From Candidatus Latescibacterota bacterium (GTDB lineage Bacteria; Latescibacterota; UBA2968): a stretch of 64,000 bases of DNA. The stretch spans positions 4,192,001 through 4,256,000 of the forward strand of contig OZ242320.1 of NCBI GenBank assembly GCA_965208125.1, read 5' to 3'. The translations under genes were made by a program, and so were the position numbers. The stretch's first letter is position 1, and each line of letters begins with the position of its first letter. The notes below the pieces were generated by a model that worked only from the letters and a program-made list of their open reading frames with translations, was not told where the DNA came from and ran no database searches. Positions 60,612 through 64,000 of this stretch are shown here, piece by piece.

Positions 60612-61766
60612 TTAGTCGATAATCTTTGTTCCTACAGTCATTTTATTTATTGCATCCCAATTCCACTCTACGCCCATCCCGGGTCCATCTGGTACATCTA
60701 CATTACCATCTGCATCCACCGCTTCAAGCCCATCCTCATATCCTTCGAGAAAAATGTCAGAAGTCAGTTGCAAACATTCTGTATCGGGATGGACCCAAAC
60801 CATTTCATAATAATTCGAATTGCCTATGGCAGACATCACATGTCTTTGCGCTGGACCAACGCCGTGAATTTCAATATCTGCGCCTACCGTTTCAGCCGCT
60901 GACGCCAGTTTCTTCGTTCCCGTGATTCCATCTCCATTTACATTGCCCCTGATAAAATCTGTTGATCCGGACAACAGCATATTCATCTTTCCAGAGATGC
61001 CCGTAACTTTTTCCCCTTGAAGAAGTGGTGTATCGAGAAACTCTTTTAGTCTCTGGTGTCCGTTCTCAGTCGTGCCGTCCCCAACAAAATAAGGATCCTC
61101 TATCCAATAAAAACCGGCTTCATCGCAGGCTCTTCCAACCTTTAAAGCATCCGCAAATGTTGAATAATAGTTAAATGCATCCAGCATTAAATCCATCTTT
61201 CCTCCGACTCTATCGGCCACAGCGTGTATCAAGTTTATATGGTCTTGGATATCAGGTCTGGGAAATGGATGGATCTTAAATCCTTTATAACCGATTTCTA
61301 AGCATTGTTCAGCAAAATCAGCGTACGATTCTGGCGTGGATAAGCCCCCTTTTAATCCTTCTTCTCCTCCGTTCATCGTACTGGCATAAGCGGGCAATTT
61401 TTTTCTATATCCTCCCAATAACTCAGATACGGAGAGGTCCGTCATTTTTCCAAGGATATCCCATAATATGATGTCAACAGATGCGTGCAACCCACCCAGA
61501 TGAAACTTATTGAAATCTTGCCATATTTCTTCCCTTGCAAGCGGATTTCGTCCCAATAAGTCGTGAGCAATGCGAGAAATATCATGGCTAATCGGATAGG
61601 TTCCGACGACTCCACAATCAGTATAAATACTGGTCATGTGTTTACCCATTGAAAGATTCACGCCCGGGTTATAGGTCATCCACGAAGAATATGTGCCAGG
61701 TCCACAATCTTTGATTTGCCACTGAATCCTTTTTATTTCAATCTTTTTTATTTTAGGCGATTTCAT
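60612..61766 (-). CDS. Mandelate racemase family enzyme (related to 37093-38253)
   Basis: RKKLPAYAST, FKIH, WIEDP, QGE, GPGMGVE. Confidence 0.88.
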   Translation of the reverse strand: MKSPKIKKIEIKRIQWQIKDCGPGTYSSWMTYNPGVNLSMGKHMTSIYTDCGVVGTYPISHDISRIAHDLLGRNPLAREEIWQDFNKFHLGGLHASVDIILWDILGKMTDLSVSELLGGYRKKLPAYASTMNGGEEGLKGGLSTPESYADFAEQCLEIGYKGFKIHPFPRPDIQDHINLIHAVADRVGGKMDLMLDAFNYYSTFADALKVGRACDEAGFYWIEDPYFVGDGTTENGHQRLKEFLDTPLLQGEKVTGISGKMNMLLSGSTDFIRGNVNGDGITGTKKLASAAETVGADIEIHGVGPAQRHVMSAIGNSNYYEMVWVHPDTECLQLTSDIFLEGYEDGLEAVDADGNVDVPDGPGMGVEWNWDAINKMTVGTKIID

Positions 61767-61905
61767 TTCTATCTCCTGGTCTGAAACTATCGCAGGAAAG
61801 ACGGTTAGCTTTAGCAGGTTTTTCAATCAACCTGCATAGGTAACGGTTAAACGTTGACAAATAACCTTATACTGAGTATGGACTTGACCCGTTTTGGTGA
61901 GTATC

Positions 61906-62844
61906 TTATGCTGATTTTCCGGGCGGGCAGATCGCGTCTATTTTTTTCAGAGTAGCTTGATCGAGCTCGCCGTCGGCAGCGGTAGCGTTCTGTTTTGCCT
62001 GCTCGGGTGTCTTCATTCCGGGAATGGGGCAGGTAACGGCAGGATTGGCGAGGGTGAACCTGAGCGCGAAATTAACCATGTTCATGCCTTCGGGTACTAA
62101 CTCGCGCAGTGCCGCGACCTTGTCGAGTTTGGCGAGGAAATCATCGCGTTGACTTCCCCCTGGATTCCAGTGATCTCGAACCGAGTCTTCGAACCTTGTA
62201 TCTGCCGTGAATTTATCCGCCAAAAGACCCTGAGCGATTGGGCCTCGCAATAACACCCCGATATTGTTGTCCAGGCAGTAGGGGAGGATGTCATTCTCAG
62301 GTCGCCGGTTAAAGAGCGAGTAGTTGATCTGACACGATGCACATGCGCCCTCTGAGTTGAGCGCTTTGAGCGAATTTAGGTCGTTGGTAGATATCGCGTA
62401 GTGACGGATCTTTCCCTCTTTCTTTAACAACTCAAAGGCTTCGACAAAGATCTCGGGATGTTCCGGGGTTCCGATGTGACATTGATACAGATCGATATAA
62501 TCTGTATCGAGACGGTAAAGGCTTGCGTGACAGCAATTGATGATGCTGTATATCGTCTTGTACCCAAGAGGATCTCCCTGACGGCGTCCCCAGTTGCCGA
62601 CCTTTGTCGCGATATAGACCTCAGATCGTTTGCTTTTCAGTGCTTTGCCTGTGTAGATTTCACTCTGACCACAACCGTAGCCATCCGCGGTATCAAACAA
62701 ATTAACGCCCGCATCGAGAGCCGCGCTGATGGTGTCGAGGGCCTGCTTTTCTTCAACCGGCCCCCACTGTCCGCCGATGCCCCAGCATCCCATGGAGACA
62801 GCGCTTACATTCCACCCAGTTTTCCCAAGCGTTCTATACTGCAT
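61906..62844 (-). CDS. Aldo/keto reductase
   Basis: MQYRTLGKTG, FDTADGYG, IATK, IDLYQCH. Confidence 0.92.
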   Translation of the reverse strand: MQYRTLGKTGWNVSAVSMGCWGIGGQWGPVEEKQALDTISAALDAGVNLFDTADGYGCGQSEIYTGKALKSKRSEVYIATKVGNWGRRQGDPLGYKTIYSIINCCHASLYRLDTDYIDLYQCHIGTPEHPEIFVEAFELLKKEGKIRHYAISTNDLNSLKALNSEGACASCQINYSLFNRRPENDILPYCLDNNIGVLLRGPIAQGLLADKFTADTRFEDSVRDHWNPGGSQRDDFLAKLDKVAALRELVPEGMNMVNFALRFTLANPAVTCPIPGMKTPEQAKQNATAADGELDQATLKKIDAICPPGKSA

Positions 62845-62857
62845 GGTATTCCTCCGT

Positions 62858-63706
62858 TTATGATTTTTCCCGACGAGGCGTCACGCGCCAGTCGGTTCGC
62901 AGTTTGGCAACGCGGTCGGCTGACGGCTGCAGGAAGCGCTTGACCCTTTCACTGGCTTTCGCTTGCAACTCAGGCCCGGCCAGTTCCCAGGCATTGTAGA
63001 ACAGCCGGTCGCTGTTTGGTACGATGCGGATGTTCAGGGTGCGTCGGGGCTTGTGAGTCTGATTTACGCCTGCGCAATGCAGGCCCCCCGCGTTTACAAT
63101 CAGTAAATCACCCGGATCGCCGGTCGCCTGGATCTTGTTGCTGTCTGAATCCGGCTCGGGATCCATCATTTCGGGTTCGTCGGCTTTGAAACAATGCGTG
63201 CGCGGAATCAACCGGGTGCCGCCATTTTCCGCTGAATAGCCGTCGAGCATAAAGAAGAACCACAGACCGTTGTGCTTGCCTTCGTCCGTGAGGCCGGGCC
63301 TGAAGTCGCGATGGAAGTGCCCCTGTCGCGCTTCCGGGTGATAGCGTACGGTGTTGGCAACGAGATCTAAAAAATGGTAGGTGCCCAGAGCGCGTTCGCA
63401 GATCCCGTGAACAGTGTCGTGGTCGAGCAAATCCATGGCTGCTTTACCCCACATGAAACAGGCGCGGGCGTTCGGATTGATTGTGAAGTTGCGTTTCCCC
63501 TTTCCGTCGAGAATACGCACTTCGGGCAACTTCATTCCTCCTCGCCACTCGGCGATGTAATCATCCGCAGCACGCTGGGCGATATCCCGAAGAGGGTCGA
63601 GATACTCGGGTGCGATTTGCTCCCGCAGAATGACATAACCGTTTTCTTGCAGATCGGCTACGCGTGCGTCCAATTCCCCGTCGCTTATTGAATGGACTGG
63701 TTGCAT
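62858..63706 (-). CDS. PhyH family dioxygenase
   Basis: LQENGYV, FHRD, ENGGTRLIP, LHCAGVN...RR. Confidence 0.88.
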   Translation of the reverse strand: MQPVHSISDGELDARVADLQENGYVILREQIAPEYLDPLRDIAQRAADDYIAEWRGGMKLPEVRILDGKGKRNFTINPNARACFMWGKAAMDLLDHDTVHGICERALGTYHFLDLVANTVRYHPEARQGHFHRDFRPGLTDEGKHNGLWFFFMLDGYSAENGGTRLIPRTHCFKADEPEMMDPEPDSDSNKIQATGDPGDLLIVNAGGLHCAGVNQTHKPRRTLNIRIVPNSDRLFYNAWELAGPELQAKASERVKRFLQPSADRVAKLRTDWRVTPRREKS

Positions 63707-63744
63707 AGGTTGACTCCTTATTGTTCGTCCACAATGTTTGTCCT

Positions 63745-64000
63745 TCAGTCTTTTTTTAACTCGGGAATATTGTTCGGCATAAAAGATATCTCTCGCATAC
63801 CTTCGTCGCCCAAAAACTGAATTGTAACACCACCTATGGATAGCATGTGCTGCAAATCCTCAATATTTCTCACCTTCTCATTGTCCACAGACAAAATCAC
63901 AGTATCGCCTAATAACCCTACTTGAGCGGCTTCTGACTCTGCTGGAACATCAATTACCAAAACACCATCATTGTGCTCTAATTCCACAGCCCCGCTCACC
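63745..64000 (-). CDS. Partial CDS running off the window, C-terminal PDZ-like domain
   Basis: GVLVIDVPAESEAAQVGL..DTVILSVDNEKVRN. Confidence 0.6.
   Translation of the reverse strand, partial: VSGAVELEHNDGVLVIDVPAESEAAQVGLLGDTVILSVDNEKVRNIEDLQHMLSIGGVTIQFLGDEGMREISFMPNNIPELKKD

Noticed and set aside
16065-63706. Fe/2OG halogenases among the PhyH genes
   Set aside because: All retain HxD; none has the HxG/HxA substitution
1-64000. CRISPR array, tRNA, rRNA, IS element
   Set aside because: No regularly spaced repeats, cloverleaf, rRNA-like sequence, transposase or terminal inverted repeats recognised by eye

Overview
Bacterial accessory region in two parts. (1) A defence island at ~2.3-14.4 kb: a stand-alone DnaA domain-I ORF, a type III restriction-modification operon with an AbiJ-like/HEPN-type gene translationally coupled between mod and res, a 'short' type II CBASS operon (patatin phospholipase, CD-NTase, E2-only protein with a SEC-C Zn motif), and an MNT gene with a truncated HEPN partner. 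The ~640-nt res-CBASS intergenic region carries two convergent sigma70-like promoters, and the minus-strand one would make a ~75-nt two-hairpin terminated RNA antisense to the CBASS leader. (2) From ~16 kb to the end, long co-oriented runs of catabolic genes: 9 PhyH-type Fe(II)/2OG dioxygenases, 5 sulfatases, 4 enolase-superfamily enzymes, an arylsulfotransferase, C-N hydrolases, an NHL protein, glycan-active hypotheticals and an RND efflux operon. They are tightly packed, compositionally heterogeneous and often joined by short 5' or 3' remnants of other genes. The gene content resembles Poribacteria/Latescibacterota-like sponge or marine organisms (inference only). No rRNA, tRNA, CRISPR array, transposase or integrase was recognised. 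All product calls come from motifs read by eye; no database search was run.
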